Shown: positions 1-9,731, counted from the stretch's first letter. The stretch: 64,000 nt of DNA from Candidatus Omnitrophota bacterium (GCA_043820815.1 JBDRDJ010000005.1:172734-236733); one strand, 5' to 3'. Translations and numbers: made by a program. The notes: generated by a model from the letters alone, not told the origin.

Positions 1-279
1 TTCTGCCTCAGGCATATAGGGAGTTATTATATTTCGTATTGCCGTGTTGGGACAATTAAAACTGACAATAAATTTAGAACGCTTTCTGCTGACGCCTTTT
101 AACAGCGCCTTTAAAGATTTAGCCGCCAATTCATTATAAGAGTCATCTGCCTTTTTAAACGATATCTCCTCAAGCCTTAAGCCGGTTAAAAATAAACCTT
201 TCTCATTCCTTATAAAATGAGCTATTTTTATCGAACTGGTTCCGATATCAAGGCCGATTAAAGATTCTTTAACCATCAT
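1..279 (-). CDS. pilM: PilM-like type IV pilus assembly protein; N-terminal 93 aa only, the gene runs off the window start
   Basis: Own translation from ATG 277-279 gives MMVKESLIGLDIGTSSIKIAHF.... This is the actin-like ATPase phosphate-1 motif typical of PilM/FtsA. An AAGAGG RBS lies about 12 nt upstream. It is absent from the ORF track because there is no stop inside the window. Confidence 0.6.
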   Translation of the reverse strand, partial: MMVKESLIGLDIGTSSIKIAHFIRNEKGLFLTGLRLEEISFKKADDSYNELAAKSLKALLKGVSRKRSKFIVSFNCPNTAIRNIITPYMPEAE

Positions 280-302
280 TTTCTAAGAATTACCTCTTAA
301 AT

Positions 303-1127
303 TCATAAAGCAGGAAGTTCATCCCAATCTATCTGATCGTATGCTTCCTGACCGGCGTCGTCAACAGCTACGGTTTGTTCTATTTTTCTATTAAGGATAT
401 CGACTGCTGCGGTTACGGTAATTTTACTGCCTATTGCCTCAACAGTTGCAACTTTTACGCCAAGCGCCGTAGCGCCGCCTCCAGTCTTTGCCACCCACAG
501 CCTAAGATAATTAACATTGGCCTGGGCAGGAAACTCATTTGTTACATCGAGGCTGTCATTATTTGTATCGGTATATACAGTTGTAAAGTTAACCCCGTCC
601 GTTGATACATGCCATTCGTAAGAACTAGGCCTCTGCTGGCTTGCTCCCACAGGCACGACAAACCTGGCTTTATTAATTGTAAGCCTGTAAGGAAAAGCTA
701 TAACAATATTTTCATAAAACGGCGGCCTTGGCTTGTCTGCTGATTCCCACCATGTTGCATCATTCCCGTCAATTCCGTTATCCGGATCATGCCCTGCCTC
801 GCTTGATGAAGCGGAGGCGGTTGCGTTGTGAGCAGATAGGGCCCAGTCCCATCTCTCAACTTCCATGGTGTAGCTTCCGGTTGCGAGATTTTCCGTTGTC
901 CCAACAGTTGTCCAATCCTCTCCCCGGCCGCCGCTTGCAACAGGAGTCTTAAGATTCCATATCGCTTTCTGTAAGCCCGCCTCTGCCAGCCAGAAAGATT
1001 GAGAGCTTAGCTTATCATACCCTGAACCCTTAGTCCGGTAAAATACCATAGTTAGAAAACTAAGGGTAATTGCCACAATTGAAACCAGCACAATAAAAGT
1101 TAGAATTAAAATCACCCCTTTTTTCAT
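303..1127 (-). CDS. PilX/GspK-like minor pilin-like protein fused to an F5/8 type C (discoidin, CBM32-like) domain
   Basis: N-terminal single TM helix followed by FWLAEAGLQKA (PilX_N-like), with no G/FxxxE prepilin site. The C-terminal ~150 aa show a discoidin pattern: ASSSE..GIDGNDATWWES..YEWHVSTDG..YLRLWV. Confidence 0.6.
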   Translation of the reverse strand: MKKGVILILTFIVLVSIVAITLSFLTMVFYRTKGSGYDKLSSQSFWLAEAGLQKAIWNLKTPVASGGRGEDWTTVGTTENLATGSYTMEVERWDWALSAHNATASASSSEAGHDPDNGIDGNDATWWESADKPRPPFYENIVIAFPYRLTINKARFVVPVGASQQRPSSYEWHVSTDGVNFTTVYTDTNNDSLDVTNEFPAQANVNYLRLWVAKTGGGATALGVKVATVEAIGSKITVTAAVDILNRKIEQTVAVDDAGQEAYDQIDWDELPAL

Positions 1128-1186
1128 CGCTTCCTTCTATCTATATATTCTACATCATCTAAACGGTTTTTATAGTAAATTTTGCG

Positions 1187-1717
1187 CTATAAATTACGCG
1201 GCATAACCCGGCTCAGCGAACGTATGGTTTCATCGCCTCTCTTGATACTTATATCGATAGTTGCGATATTGCCTGCGGCTGAAAGGTTTGTTGCAGGCGG
1301 AGCAAGGCAGTCAAAAGCAACCAGGGTGCCTGCTCCGTAAGTAAAAGTCCCGTTTATCCCGCCGGTTAGAGTTGCTTTTTTTATCTGGTAGCTATCCTGA
1401 TCAAACGCAGGAGGCGGCACATAAGAATCAGCCGCGTTATATAAATAATAAATAGAATAGTTGCTTCCATCAGGGCTAAACCTTATTTCGTTGTAGCCGC
1501 TTGCCGAGCTCATCTCTCTTGCTTCCCTTAAATCCCTTACCATTTTTTCGATAAGCCAGTCACTGTCAATTGAAACCCCGGCTCTTATCTGCTGGCTGGC
1601 TGAGGCAAGAAGTATGGCGCGAAAAACAAGCATTACGGAGGCAACGAGCACAGAGAGCATAACTACAACTACCATAAGTTCAATAAGGGAGAATGCGCCT
1701 TTTTTAGTTTTTTTCAT
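1187..1717 (-). CDS. prepilin-type minor pilin/pseudopilin
   Basis: Internal ATG 1715-1717 gives MKKTKKG|AFSLIELMVVVV, a class III signal with Glu+5. The ORF-track start at 1834 adds 39 non-pilin residues overlapping the upstream gene. Confidence 0.75.
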   Translation of the reverse strand: MKKTKKGAFSLIELMVVVVMLSVLVASVMLVFRAILLASASQQIRAGVSIDSDWLIEKMVRDLREAREMSSASGYNEIRFSPDGSNYSIYYLYNAADSYVPPPAFDQDSYQIKKATLTGGINGTFTYGAGTLVAFDCLAPPATNLSAAGNIATIDISIKRGDETIRSLSRVMPRNL

Positions 1718-1724
1718 TTTCTTG

Positions 1725-2090
1725 TTAATAATCAGAAACCAAAGTTGTAAGAGTAATATTTGCCGCCCCGCCTTTAGTGTTCCAGGAAACAACAACATCA
1801 ACCCGCATAGGGTCATCTCCTTCGGCAATATCAACGGTTACGCTAAATTCGGAAAAATCAGAATCTGCGGCCGGGCCGCTGTCAGATAAGCCGGCAAAAG
1901 AAGTATTTTTGATTTCTTCAAGTTTAGCCTGGGCGATATTTAAAGCAGTGTCAATATATTCGGTTTCGCGGGAAGAGAATAAAGCGGTGTTAAAAGCTTT
2001 TATTACCGAAATAACTCCTACAGAAAAAATGACAAGGGTAATAAGAATCTCAAGAAAAGTAAGGCCGGTTTTTCTTTTGAACTCAAGCAT
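1725..2090 (-). CDS. prepilin-type minor pilin/pseudopilin (GspI-size)
   Basis: MLEFKRKTG|LTFLEILITLVIF prepilin N-terminus; 121 aa. Confidence 0.75.
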   Translation of the reverse strand: MLEFKRKTGLTFLEILITLVIFSVGVISVIKAFNTALFSSRETEYIDTALNIAQAKLEEIKNTSFAGLSDSGPAADSDFSEFSVTVDIAEGDDPMRVDVVVSWNTKGGAANITLTTLVSDY

Positions 2091-2100
2091 CCCATTATAA

Positions 2101-2135
2101 AATCAAAAATTAAATATTAAAAATTAAAATTACAA
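2101..2135. repeat. AT-rich heptad tract, copy 1 of a 3-locus family
   Basis: Five 7-nt units: aatcaaa aattaaa tattaaa aattaaa attacaa. The 17-mer aatcaaaaattaaatat is identical to 16963-16979. Confidence 0.7.
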
Positions 2136-2136
2136 T

Positions 2137-2586
2137 TTAGGGTTGGGTATCAATACCCATGTTTGAGATATAGATACAATCCGAGCCGTTTGTTTCGCTT
2201 ACGGCATCGCTTGAAATAGCTGCACTTCCGGTTGCTCCGGGGCCGACTGAATAAATAATATAATACTTGCTGTTGGTTCCTCCCATAACATAGGCATAGT
2301 CTGCCCCTGATGAACTGAAAGGGTCAGTGGGCACAAAGTTAATGATGCTTGGAACAGCTGACGCTAAAGCGGTTTGAAGGGCTGCGGCGCCGGTTGCCGG
2401 ATAAGCATTATTGTTATGGATATAATAGCTCTCAACCGCCGATTGAAGAGTCCTTAATTCGCTCTTTACCTTAGCGATATTTCCCTCATCGCGCATTCCT
2501 TTAAAGCGCGGAAGAGTTATGCCAATAAGGATACCGATTACGGCAATTACAATTAACAGTTCGATTAAAGTAAAACCTCTTTTCAT
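2137..2586 (-). CDS. major pilin/pseudopilin, GspG/PilA-like
   Basis: ATG 2584-2586 sits behind a GGAGGGG RBS. MKRG|FTLIELLIVIAVIGIL is a canonical N-methylation site. The track start at 2655 is an upstream extension. Confidence 0.8.
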   Translation of the reverse strand: MKRGFTLIELLIVIAVIGILIGITLPRFKGMRDEGNIAKVKSELRTLQSAVESYYIHNNNAYPATGAAALQTALASAVPSIINFVPTDPFSSSGADYAYVMGGTNSKYYIIYSVGPGATGSAAISSDAVSETNGSDCIYISNMGIDTQP

Positions 2587-2626
2587 CCACCCCTCCTTTT
2601 TGATAGTGCCATCTTTAAACTTTCTT

Positions 2627-3841
2627 CTATGCACGCAACAATTTGACCATATCAAACATAGGCAAAAGCAAACTTGCCATAATAAAACCTATTATACACC
2701 CCATTATGACTAAAAACAAGGGTTCAATTATAGTAGTCAGCTTTTTAACGGTGCGATCTATGTAAGTGTCATAAAAATCGGATATTTTATAAAGCATCGC
2801 AGATAACCGGCCTGTGGTTTCACCGGCAGAAACCATCTGAATCATATCGGGAGGAAAATGCTCGCTGTTTTTAAGCGACGCCGCTATGCCACGGCCGGCT
2901 TCAACCGAATCCCGCGCCTCATATACCACTGATGAGATAACTTCATTGCCGATTACCCCTCTTACAATATCTAAAGACTCAAGTATTCCCACTCCGCTTG
3001 CTAAAAGCGTCCCAAGGGTCCGGCATAACCTTGAAAGAGCAACCCTGCTAAGAAGCACACCCATAATAGGAACTTTTAGTTTAAAGGCGTCAAAATACAC
3101 CCTGCCGCGCTTTGAACTTATAAATAATTTTAAACCCGCCCATATGATGAGTATAAAAGCGAAGCCTAAATACCAGTATTGCTTAATCGCATTCCCCACC
3201 TGGTACATAATAAGCGTTACTGCCGGCAATCTTATTCCGGCTTCGATAAAAATCTTCGCAAACTGCGGAATAACAAAGGTTACAATGTAAAGAGTAACGG
3301 CAATGCCGGCTAAAAGAAGTATAAAAGGATAAAAAAGAGCGCCGTTAATCTTCTGGCGAAGCTCCTGCTGCTGTTCACAAAAATATGCATAACGCGAAAG
3401 AATTGCATCGAGTTTTCCGCTGACTTCAGCCACGCTAACCATGCTTATAAAAATCTTTGGAAATACATAGGGGTGCCTTGATAAAGCTTTAGAGAAGCTG
3501 TCTCCGGCTTCAATATTACGTTTTACCTCGCCCATTACTTCTTTAAGCCTTTTATTTGCAATCTGCTCAGAAAGCGCGCCTAAGCTGTCAACTATTGATA
3601 TACCGGCTCCGATCATATTGGAAAGCTGGATATTAAACATGACCATTTCATCTACGCTTACCTTTTTTAACCTTTCAAAAGCCGCCTCTATCGCAATTCT
3701 GGGAGGAGCCTGCTTAACCCGTGTAACCATGTAGCCGGCAGTTGTAAGGCGCTTTATAACATCCTCCTCGGATATACCGTCTAAAGCTCCCCTGGCCAAT
3801 TTACCGTATGAATCGCGCGCTTTGTAATTATAAACCGGCAT
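2627..3841 (-). CDS. pilC: type IV pilus / T2SS platform protein PilC/GspF
   Basis: 404 aa with two T2SSF repeats separated by TM segments. It lies directly downstream of the secretion ATPase. Confidence 0.85.
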   Translation of the reverse strand: MPVYNYKARDSYGKLARGALDGISEEDVIKRLTTAGYMVTRVKQAPPRIAIEAAFERLKKVSVDEMVMFNIQLSNMIGAGISIVDSLGALSEQIANKRLKEVMGEVKRNIEAGDSFSKALSRHPYVFPKIFISMVSVAEVSGKLDAILSRYAYFCEQQQELRQKINGALFYPFILLLAGIAVTLYIVTFVIPQFAKIFIEAGIRLPAVTLIMYQVGNAIKQYWYLGFAFILIIWAGLKLFISSKRGRVYFDAFKLKVPIMGVLLSRVALSRLCRTLGTLLASGVGILESLDIVRGVIGNEVISSVVYEARDSVEAGRGIAASLKNSEHFPPDMIQMVSAGETTGRLSAMLYKISDFYDTYIDRTVKKLTTIIEPLFLVIMGCIIGFIMASLLLPMFDMVKLLRA

Positions 3842-5529
3842 TACTGCTCCTTGGTTACCCGCAATATCTCCTCAAATGTAGTAATACCTTTTTTAACTTT
3901 TTGCAAGCCGTCTTCATATAAAGAAATCATCCCCGTTGATTTAGCATATTGCTCAATTTCATTTATAGATGACTTAGTAATAATCAAATCCCCTATTTTA
4001 GCGTCTATGTTAATCAATTCATAAATTCCCACTCTGCCCCTGTATCCCGTGTTAGAGCACTTAGGGCAGCCGTTTGCCTTAAAAAGCGTTATGCTCTCAT
4101 CAGCCCTTAAGCCCAATTCTTCTTTAAGCTCATTTTGCGGCTCAAAAGCCTGTTTACAATGCACGCAGAGTTTTCTCACAAGCCTCTGGGCAAGGGCGCC
4201 GATTACAGAATACGCCACAAGATAAGGTTCAATGCCCATATTTATTATCCTTAATATTGCTCCTGCCGCAGAGTTTGTATGAAGGGTTGAGAAAACAAGG
4301 TGGCCTGTGAGAGCCGCGTGAGCGGCAATTTCTGCGGTCTCAAAATCCCTGATTTCGCCGACCATGACAATGTCGGGGTCATGCCGCAAAACTGAACGCA
4401 GGCCCGCTGAAAATGTCAGCCCCACTTTGGTATCAACTTGAATCTGGCGGATTCCTCCTAACCGGTATTCAACCGGGTCCTCGATAGTTACGATACTTTT
4501 TTCAACCGTAGAAATCTTGTTCAATGAAGCATAAAGAGTGGTTGTTTTACCGCATCCGGTAGGGCCGGTCACTAAAATTATGCCGTTGGGCGAAGTTATA
4601 AGTTTTTCAAATCCTGAAAGAACCTCTTTGGCAAAACCTAAGCTGGAAAGCTCGCGGCAAGCGTTAGACATGTCCAAAAGGCGCAAAACAACGCTTTCTC
4701 CGTATATGGTCGGTATGGCTGAAGTCCTAATATCAATATTCTTACCCTCAACATTCACATTGAACCTGCCGTCCTGAGGCAAACGCCTTTCGGAAATATC
4801 AAGGTTGGATAATATTTTAACCCTTGAAATTATTGCCGCCTGGATATGCCGCGGCAAAGACGGCTCCTCGTGCATTATCCCGTCAACCCTAAACCTTACT
4901 TTCAACTCTGTTTCTTCAGGCTCAAGATGTATATCGCTGGCATCTTGGTTTACGGCCTTTGCGATCATCAAATTTACCAGCCTTATAACAGCGGGCTCTT
5001 CAACCGCCCCTTTAAGCTGTTCAATGTCAATATCCAATACGTCCTCTGCGGCCGCGTTATCTTGTTTTACGCTTTTTACAATATCCTCAAAAGAACCCTT
5101 TGCACCGTAATATTCATTTATGACTTTTTTTACCTCGGTTTCCGTAGCAACTGCCGGCTCAATAATTAGATTTGTCTTCATCCTTACTTCGTCTAAAGCA
5201 AATATATCCCAGGGATCAACCATGGCGCAGGTTAGGCGGTTGCCGATTTTAAGAACCGGCACAAGATCGTACTTGCGGGCTAACTCTTCGGGAACCACAT
5301 CAATTACCTTAGGGTCGATAACATAATTGCCAAGCTCGATTCTTAAAAGCCCGAGCTTGTTGCTTACAAAAGCGGCAAGGTCTTCCTCGGCAATAAAACC
5401 TTTTTTAACCAAAACTTTAATCAGCCGTTCGCCGGTATTTTTTTCTTCGTCGAGAGCCCCTTTGAGCTGTTCGGTTGTAATCGCCCCCTCTTGCACCAAA
5501 CTGTCTCCGAGAGATTTCTTCGCAGCCAT
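3841..5529 (-). CDS. pilB: type IV pilus / T2SS assembly ATPase PilB/GspE with an N-terminal MshEN-like domain
   Basis: Walker A GPTGCGKTT and tetracysteine CVHC...CPKC. Start moved to ATG 5527-5529, 5 nt after a GGAGGA RBS; the track start at 5559 contains that RBS. Confidence 0.9.
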   Translation of the reverse strand: MAAKKSLGDSLVQEGAITTEQLKGALDEEKNTGERLIKVLVKKGFIAEEDLAAFVSNKLGLLRIELGNYVIDPKVIDVVPEELARKYDLVPVLKIGNRLTCAMVDPWDIFALDEVRMKTNLIIEPAVATETEVKKVINEYYGAKGSFEDIVKSVKQDNAAAEDVLDIDIEQLKGAVEEPAVIRLVNLMIAKAVNQDASDIHLEPEETELKVRFRVDGIMHEEPSLPRHIQAAIISRVKILSNLDISERRLPQDGRFNVNVEGKNIDIRTSAIPTIYGESVVLRLLDMSNACRELSSLGFAKEVLSGFEKLITSPNGIILVTGPTGCGKTTTLYASLNKISTVEKSIVTIEDPVEYRLGGIRQIQVDTKVGLTFSAGLRSVLRHDPDIVMVGEIRDFETAEIAAHAALTGHLVFSTLHTNSAAGAILRIINMGIEPYLVAYSVIGALAQRLVRKLCVHCKQAFEPQNELKEELGLRADESITLFKANGCPKCSNTGYRGRVGIYELINIDAKIGDLIITKSSINEIEQYAKSTGMISLYEDGLQKVKKGITTFEEILRVTKEQ

Positions 5530-5571
5530 GGTTCCTCCTCGGCCTATTAATAAAGGCATTAAAAAACGAAA

Positions 5572-5937
5572 CTACCTGCCCAATAGCTCATTGATTTTCT
5601 CAAGCAGTATCTCCGAACGAAAAGGCTTGGGAAGATAGGCATCGGCTCCCAGTTCTTTTCCCAGCTCCAAATCTTCATCCTGAGCTTTGGCAGTCAACAT
5701 GATAATAGGCGTATTGGCAAATCTGGAATTTCTTTTTAACAACCCGCACGCTTTAAATCCGTCCATCTTAGGCATCATAACATCGAGAATAATAAGCGCG
5801 GGATTCTCTTTCTGGGCAACATCAATAGCCTGCTGGCCGTCACAGGCGGTTACTACTTCAAAGTTGTTAACCTCAAGCCTCGATTTTACGAGTTCGATTA
5901 TATCCGGATCATCATCAACAATCAAAATTTTTTTCAT
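5572..5937 (-). CDS. single-domain response regulator receiver (CheY-like)
   Basis: KILIVDDD...LDVMMPKMDG...TAK receiver signature; 121 aa. Confidence 0.85.
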   Translation of the reverse strand: MKKILIVDDDPDIIELVKSRLEVNNFEVVTACDGQQAIDVAQKENPALIILDVMMPKMDGFKACGLLKRNSRFANTPIIMLTAKAQDEDLELGKELGADAYLPKPFRSEILLEKINELLGR

Positions 5938-5939
5938 GC

Positions 5940-6281
5940 TTACTCCTTAATAAATGATTCGATGTCTTTCAAGCTAAAAGGCTTCTCGATGTAGGCATCT
6001 GCGCCAATTGACTCGGCGAGAAAATCCGCCATACCGCCATAGCCTGTCAGCATAACGGTCTTGGTTCTAATATTGTTAAGCTTAATGTATTTAATCAGCT
6101 CCAAGCCGGTTAACTCCGGCATATTATGGTCGATAAAAGCAACATCGTAATTCTTATTTTTGATAAGCTCAAGTGCCTCTTTTCCGTCAGCGGCACAGTC
6201 AACGACACAGCCCCTGCGCTCCAAGAAAGACTGCAATATCCCTATTGTTTCGGTTTCATCATCGGCAACTAAAACTCTCAT
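5940..6281 (-). CDS. single-domain response regulator receiver
   Basis: MRVLVADDE...DHNMPELTG receiver signature. ATG 6279-6281 chosen; the track start at 6308 adds 9 aa. Confidence 0.8.
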   Translation of the reverse strand: MRVLVADDETETIGILQSFLERRGCVVDCAADGKEALELIKNKNYDVAFIDHNMPELTGLELIKYIKLNNIRTKTVMLTGYGGMADFLAESIGADAYIEKPFSLKDIESFIKE

Positions 6282-6318
6282 ATCAAAAAAACTCCCGCTA
6301 AACAACAATTAAGAAAAT

Positions 6319-9300
6319 TTACAGCAAGAAATTAACCAGCCGTAAGAACAGATGAATATCAATGGGCTTAGGGATTATCGGGATAATCCTCTCTAAAGTG
6401 TAGCCGCCGAGCCGGTCGCTATCAACGGCATAGCCTGACATAACAAGTACGGGTATGTCCTTTGTTTTTGCTTTGGATTTTAACCTCCCTATAACTTCAT
6501 ATCCGTTCATCTTGGGCATTTCCATATCCAAAATAATCAAATCACACGGCTGTTCTTCTACTTTAATAAGTGCTTCTTCTCCGTTACATGCCCCATTACA
6601 GTTTTTATATCCGGCGCTCTCCAGTATTTTCTGGACGCTGGCAACAACAGAAGGCTCATCATCTACAATTACAATTCTTCTTTTTACCTTTTTATCTTTT
6701 TCGCTGATTAGAGACTCCTGGGCTTTGGCTATTAAGCTGGTTGAATCTTTCGCGTTAAAAGGAAAAATAGAATATCCGTATAAGAAATCGAGGTCCTTTT
6801 CATCGGCTACCTCAAATATCGCTTCGTTAAGAACATTATTGATCATTTTCTGGTTTATTTCAGTGCCGTACCTGCTGTTTAATGCTCCCATAATAACGAT
6901 TTCCTCTTCGCCGCGCGCAAAAACCTTATCCGGAGAGGAAACAATTTTCTTCAAAGCATCGATTATATAGTTACGTATTTCCTTAAATTCTTCAATACCG
7001 ATAATCCTTTTAACTTTTTCATAATCATTAACTCTTACGATAAACAAAAAAAGCTTATCGCTCCTTAAGCGTGCCTTTTCGATTTCCTTATCCATAACCG
7101 AACAAATTTCGCTATCCATGGAGAATTTATCTAAAACAAATATAAAAACGGTTCCCGCACCCGGCTGGCTGTCTACGGAAATTTTTCCTCCCTGGGCTTC
7201 AATAATTCCTTTTGAAATGGCTAACCCTAAGCCTGTTCCCTTTTCTTCAGGCCCGGCGTCTCTTCCGAACTGCTGGAATTTATTAAAAACTTTCGGCAAA
7301 TCTTCTTTGGAAATCCCTCTTCCCGTATCGGAAACGCTGCACTCAATTACATCACCTTTAAGCCTGACCGAAACAGTGATAGAACCTTTATCGGTAAACT
7401 TCATGGCGTTGTTTATCAAATTTACGAATACCTGGGTAGTTTTATCTTTGTCAACATAACCTAAAATGGACTCAGAAGAATAGTTTGATTCAATTCTTAA
7501 CCCTTTAGTTTCTGCCTGGGGCCTAAAAGTATCAATGGTATATTGCGCCAATTTAATTATATCTGAACATTCTTTTTGTATCTTAACCTTTCCTGCCTCT
7601 ACTCTCGACATATCAAGAAGATTATTTATTATCCTTGTTAAGCGGTCAATATTCCTGATGCAGAGCTCTAAAAATACCCCCTGCTTCTCATTTATCTGGC
7701 CTAAGATTCCTTCGTATACTTGAGCCACTGATTCACGTATAGATGTAAGAGGGGTTCTTAGCTCATGAGACACTGCAGAAATAAAATCATTCTTCATCCG
7801 CTCAACTTGTTTTTCTTGGGTAATATCTCTGAAAATTGATAAAACTCCTAAAACATTACCGTTTTCATCCATTACCGGAGAAATATCACAGTTAAGGATT
7901 AACTCTTTATCCTTGTTTTTAACTACTACTTCTTTGCTTACCGCCTTCTTTTCTTTCTCGCAAGTGCCTAAATCTTTGTCTAATTTCAGCGATATCATCT
8001 TTCTCATAAGAAGCCCTATTGAAACATCCGTATCAGGGCCGAACCCGAGCATCTGGCGTGCCTTCGGGTTTAATACGGCAATCTCTCCTCTTTCATCGGT
8101 CATAATCACTCCCTCGGCCATGCTTTCAACCATGCTGTCCATCTTTGACTTCTGAGCCAGCATGACCGATTGTAAGCGCTCGATAGCATGCGAAGCCTGG
8201 TTGACAACCGTTGTCGCCAGCTTGACTTCTTCTTCGCTGAAAGCCGATTCTCTTACGCTTGAGAAATTCATCATTCCTATGATTTTACCCCTTACGACAA
8301 AAGGTATGTTAATAGAAGTATTTATTGCATCACGCGATGAATCGCAATCGTTTGACTCAGTGCACGCCTCGAGCATGGTAAATGTAACATCGTCGTTGTA
8401 AACACTGTGGCCGGATTCTGAAAATAAAGCGTCAACGAGTATCTTCTTTGCCTGTTCAGCAAATTTTACGTATTCAGGACAAGCCGGTTTTACAGCCAGA
8501 TTGGCTGTGTGTGAGTCAAAAATAACAGAAGAACATATATCGTATTTAACTATTTTATAAAGCGCCTCCATAATTATTGTTAAAAGCTGCTGGTGATCAA
8601 GTGTATATGCCATGGCGTTTGAAACTTCATAAAGCACAGAAATCTCAGCTGTCCTTTCCTCTATTTTCTTCTCAAGCTTAGTTGACTTATTCTTCTGGGT
8701 TTCTGCCTGGGCAGACATTGCTACCAATTCGCTTTCGCGACCGAAAAGAAGCTCTATCTCTCTTATGTCACGGGCCGTTGACACAATGTCGGTTAAAACG
8801 CCTTCTGTATCTCTTAAGGCTGACGCTGTCAGAATTACGGGAATCTCAAGGCCTGATTTTAACAAAAAAGAAACATTGTGCTCTCTGATTATTTTTCCCT
8901 GACTGAGCTGCACCATCCGGCTTTCGTTAAAGAAATCACTTTTGGCAAAAACAAAATCTGCGGCCCTGCCAACAAGCTCATCCTCTCTGTAGCAGGTTAA
9001 ATTACTCATGGCCTCATTTACCATTTTAATTTTCTTATCACCAGATACAACCATAAGGGCATCGCTCATTGTCTTTAAAATATTGCATAAATAATCTTTG
9101 GATCTATTAAGCTCGCCTATTAAATTCCTGTTGTCAACAGATAAGCGCCTTAAAAGTACGGCCTTATTGGTTACTGATATTATCCTGTCGATGTCGGAGA
9201 AAGGCTTGGTTATAAAATCATAAATACCAATCTCCATAGCCTCGACCGCAGACTCCATCGTCCCGTATCCGGTTATCATTATCCCCATGGTGTCGCTGCG

Positions 9301-9522
9301 TATATCTTTTATTTTCTTAAATAATTCGAGCCCGTTAATGCCGGGCAGGGAAAGGTCGATGATAGCAAGAGAAAACTCATTCTCCCGGGCTAGAGAAAGC
9401 GCCTCATTACTGTCAACGGCGCAAAGAACTCCGTAGCCCTCGGACTTCAATACCCTTGAAAGGCTGTCTCTCATTTCCTTCTCGTCATCGACTATTAAAA
9501 TCTTTTCATTAATATCGTCCAT
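6319..9522 (-). CDS. hybrid sensor histidine kinase: REC-PAS-GAF-PAS-HisKA-HATPase-degenerate GGDEF-REC
   Basis: N-terminal receiver (ILIVDDE..DLSLPGING), H-box SHELRTPLTSI and HATPase DTGRGI..GTGLGLAI. A GGDEF-like module has GEEEI in place of GGDEF. C-terminal receiver (IVIVDDE..LDMEMPKMNG). Confidence 0.85.
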   Translation of the reverse strand: MDDINEKILIVDDEKEMRDSLSRVLKSEGYGVLCAVDSNEALSLARENEFSLAIIDLSLPGINGLELFKKIKDIRSDTMGIMITGYGTMESAVEAMEIGIYDFITKPFSDIDRIISVTNKAVLLRRLSVDNRNLIGELNRSKDYLCNILKTMSDALMVVSGDKKIKMVNEAMSNLTCYREDELVGRAADFVFAKSDFFNESRMVQLSQGKIIREHNVSFLLKSGLEIPVILTASALRDTEGVLTDIVSTARDIREIELLFGRESELVAMSAQAETQKNKSTKLEKKIEERTAEISVLYEVSNAMAYTLDHQQLLTIIMEALYKIVKYDICSSVIFDSHTANLAVKPACPEYVKFAEQAKKILVDALFSESGHSVYNDDVTFTMLEACTESNDCDSSRDAINTSINIPFVVRGKIIGMMNFSSVRESAFSEEEVKLATTVVNQASHAIERLQSVMLAQKSKMDSMVESMAEGVIMTDERGEIAVLNPKARQMLGFGPDTDVSIGLLMRKMISLKLDKDLGTCEKEKKAVSKEVVVKNKDKELILNCDISPVMDENGNVLGVLSIFRDITQEKQVERMKNDFISAVSHELRTPLTSIRESVAQVYEGILGQINEKQGVFLELCIRNIDRLTRIINNLLDMSRVEAGKVKIQKECSDIIKLAQYTIDTFRPQAETKGLRIESNYSSESILGYVDKDKTTQVFVNLINNAMKFTDKGSITVSVRLKGDVIECSVSDTGRGISKEDLPKVFNKFQQFGRDAGPEEKGTGLGLAISKGIIEAQGGKISVDSQPGAGTVFIFVLDKFSMDSEICSVMDKEIEKARLRSDKLFLFIVRVNDYEKVKRIIGIEEFKEIRNYIIDALKKIVSSPDKVFARGEEEIVIMGALNSRYGTEINQKMINNVLNEAIFEVADEKDLDFLYGYSIFPFNAKDSTSLIAKAQESLISEKDKKVKRRIVIVDDEPSVVASVQKILESAGYKNCNGACNGEEALIKVEEQPCDLIILDMEMPKMNGYEVIGRLKSKAKTKDIPVLVMSGYAVDSDRLGGYTLERIIPIIPKPIDIHLFLRLVNFLL

Positions 9523-9640
9523 AACTCACAACAGAAAATAATAATTATTGCTCTGGCCTTAACAAAAAAACACTATTATTACTGCATTTTACCAATATTA
9601 TCTTACTATATTGAAAATGAACTTCAACATAAACTTTACT

Positions 9641-9690
9641 GGGCATCCCCATATAAAATTATTTATATGTTAATAATAATAGGGATGCCC
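9641..9690. repeat. nested inverted repeat between the two kinase genes
   Basis: gggcatccc (9641-9649) pairs with gggatgccc (9682-9690). An inner 8-bp hairpin is catataaa/tttatatg (9650-9669). It lies 42 nt after the upstream kinase stop. Confidence 0.5.
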
Positions 9691-9731
9691 ATGATTGCAT
9701 CGATTAAATACAGATTTCAGAGATAAAAAAT

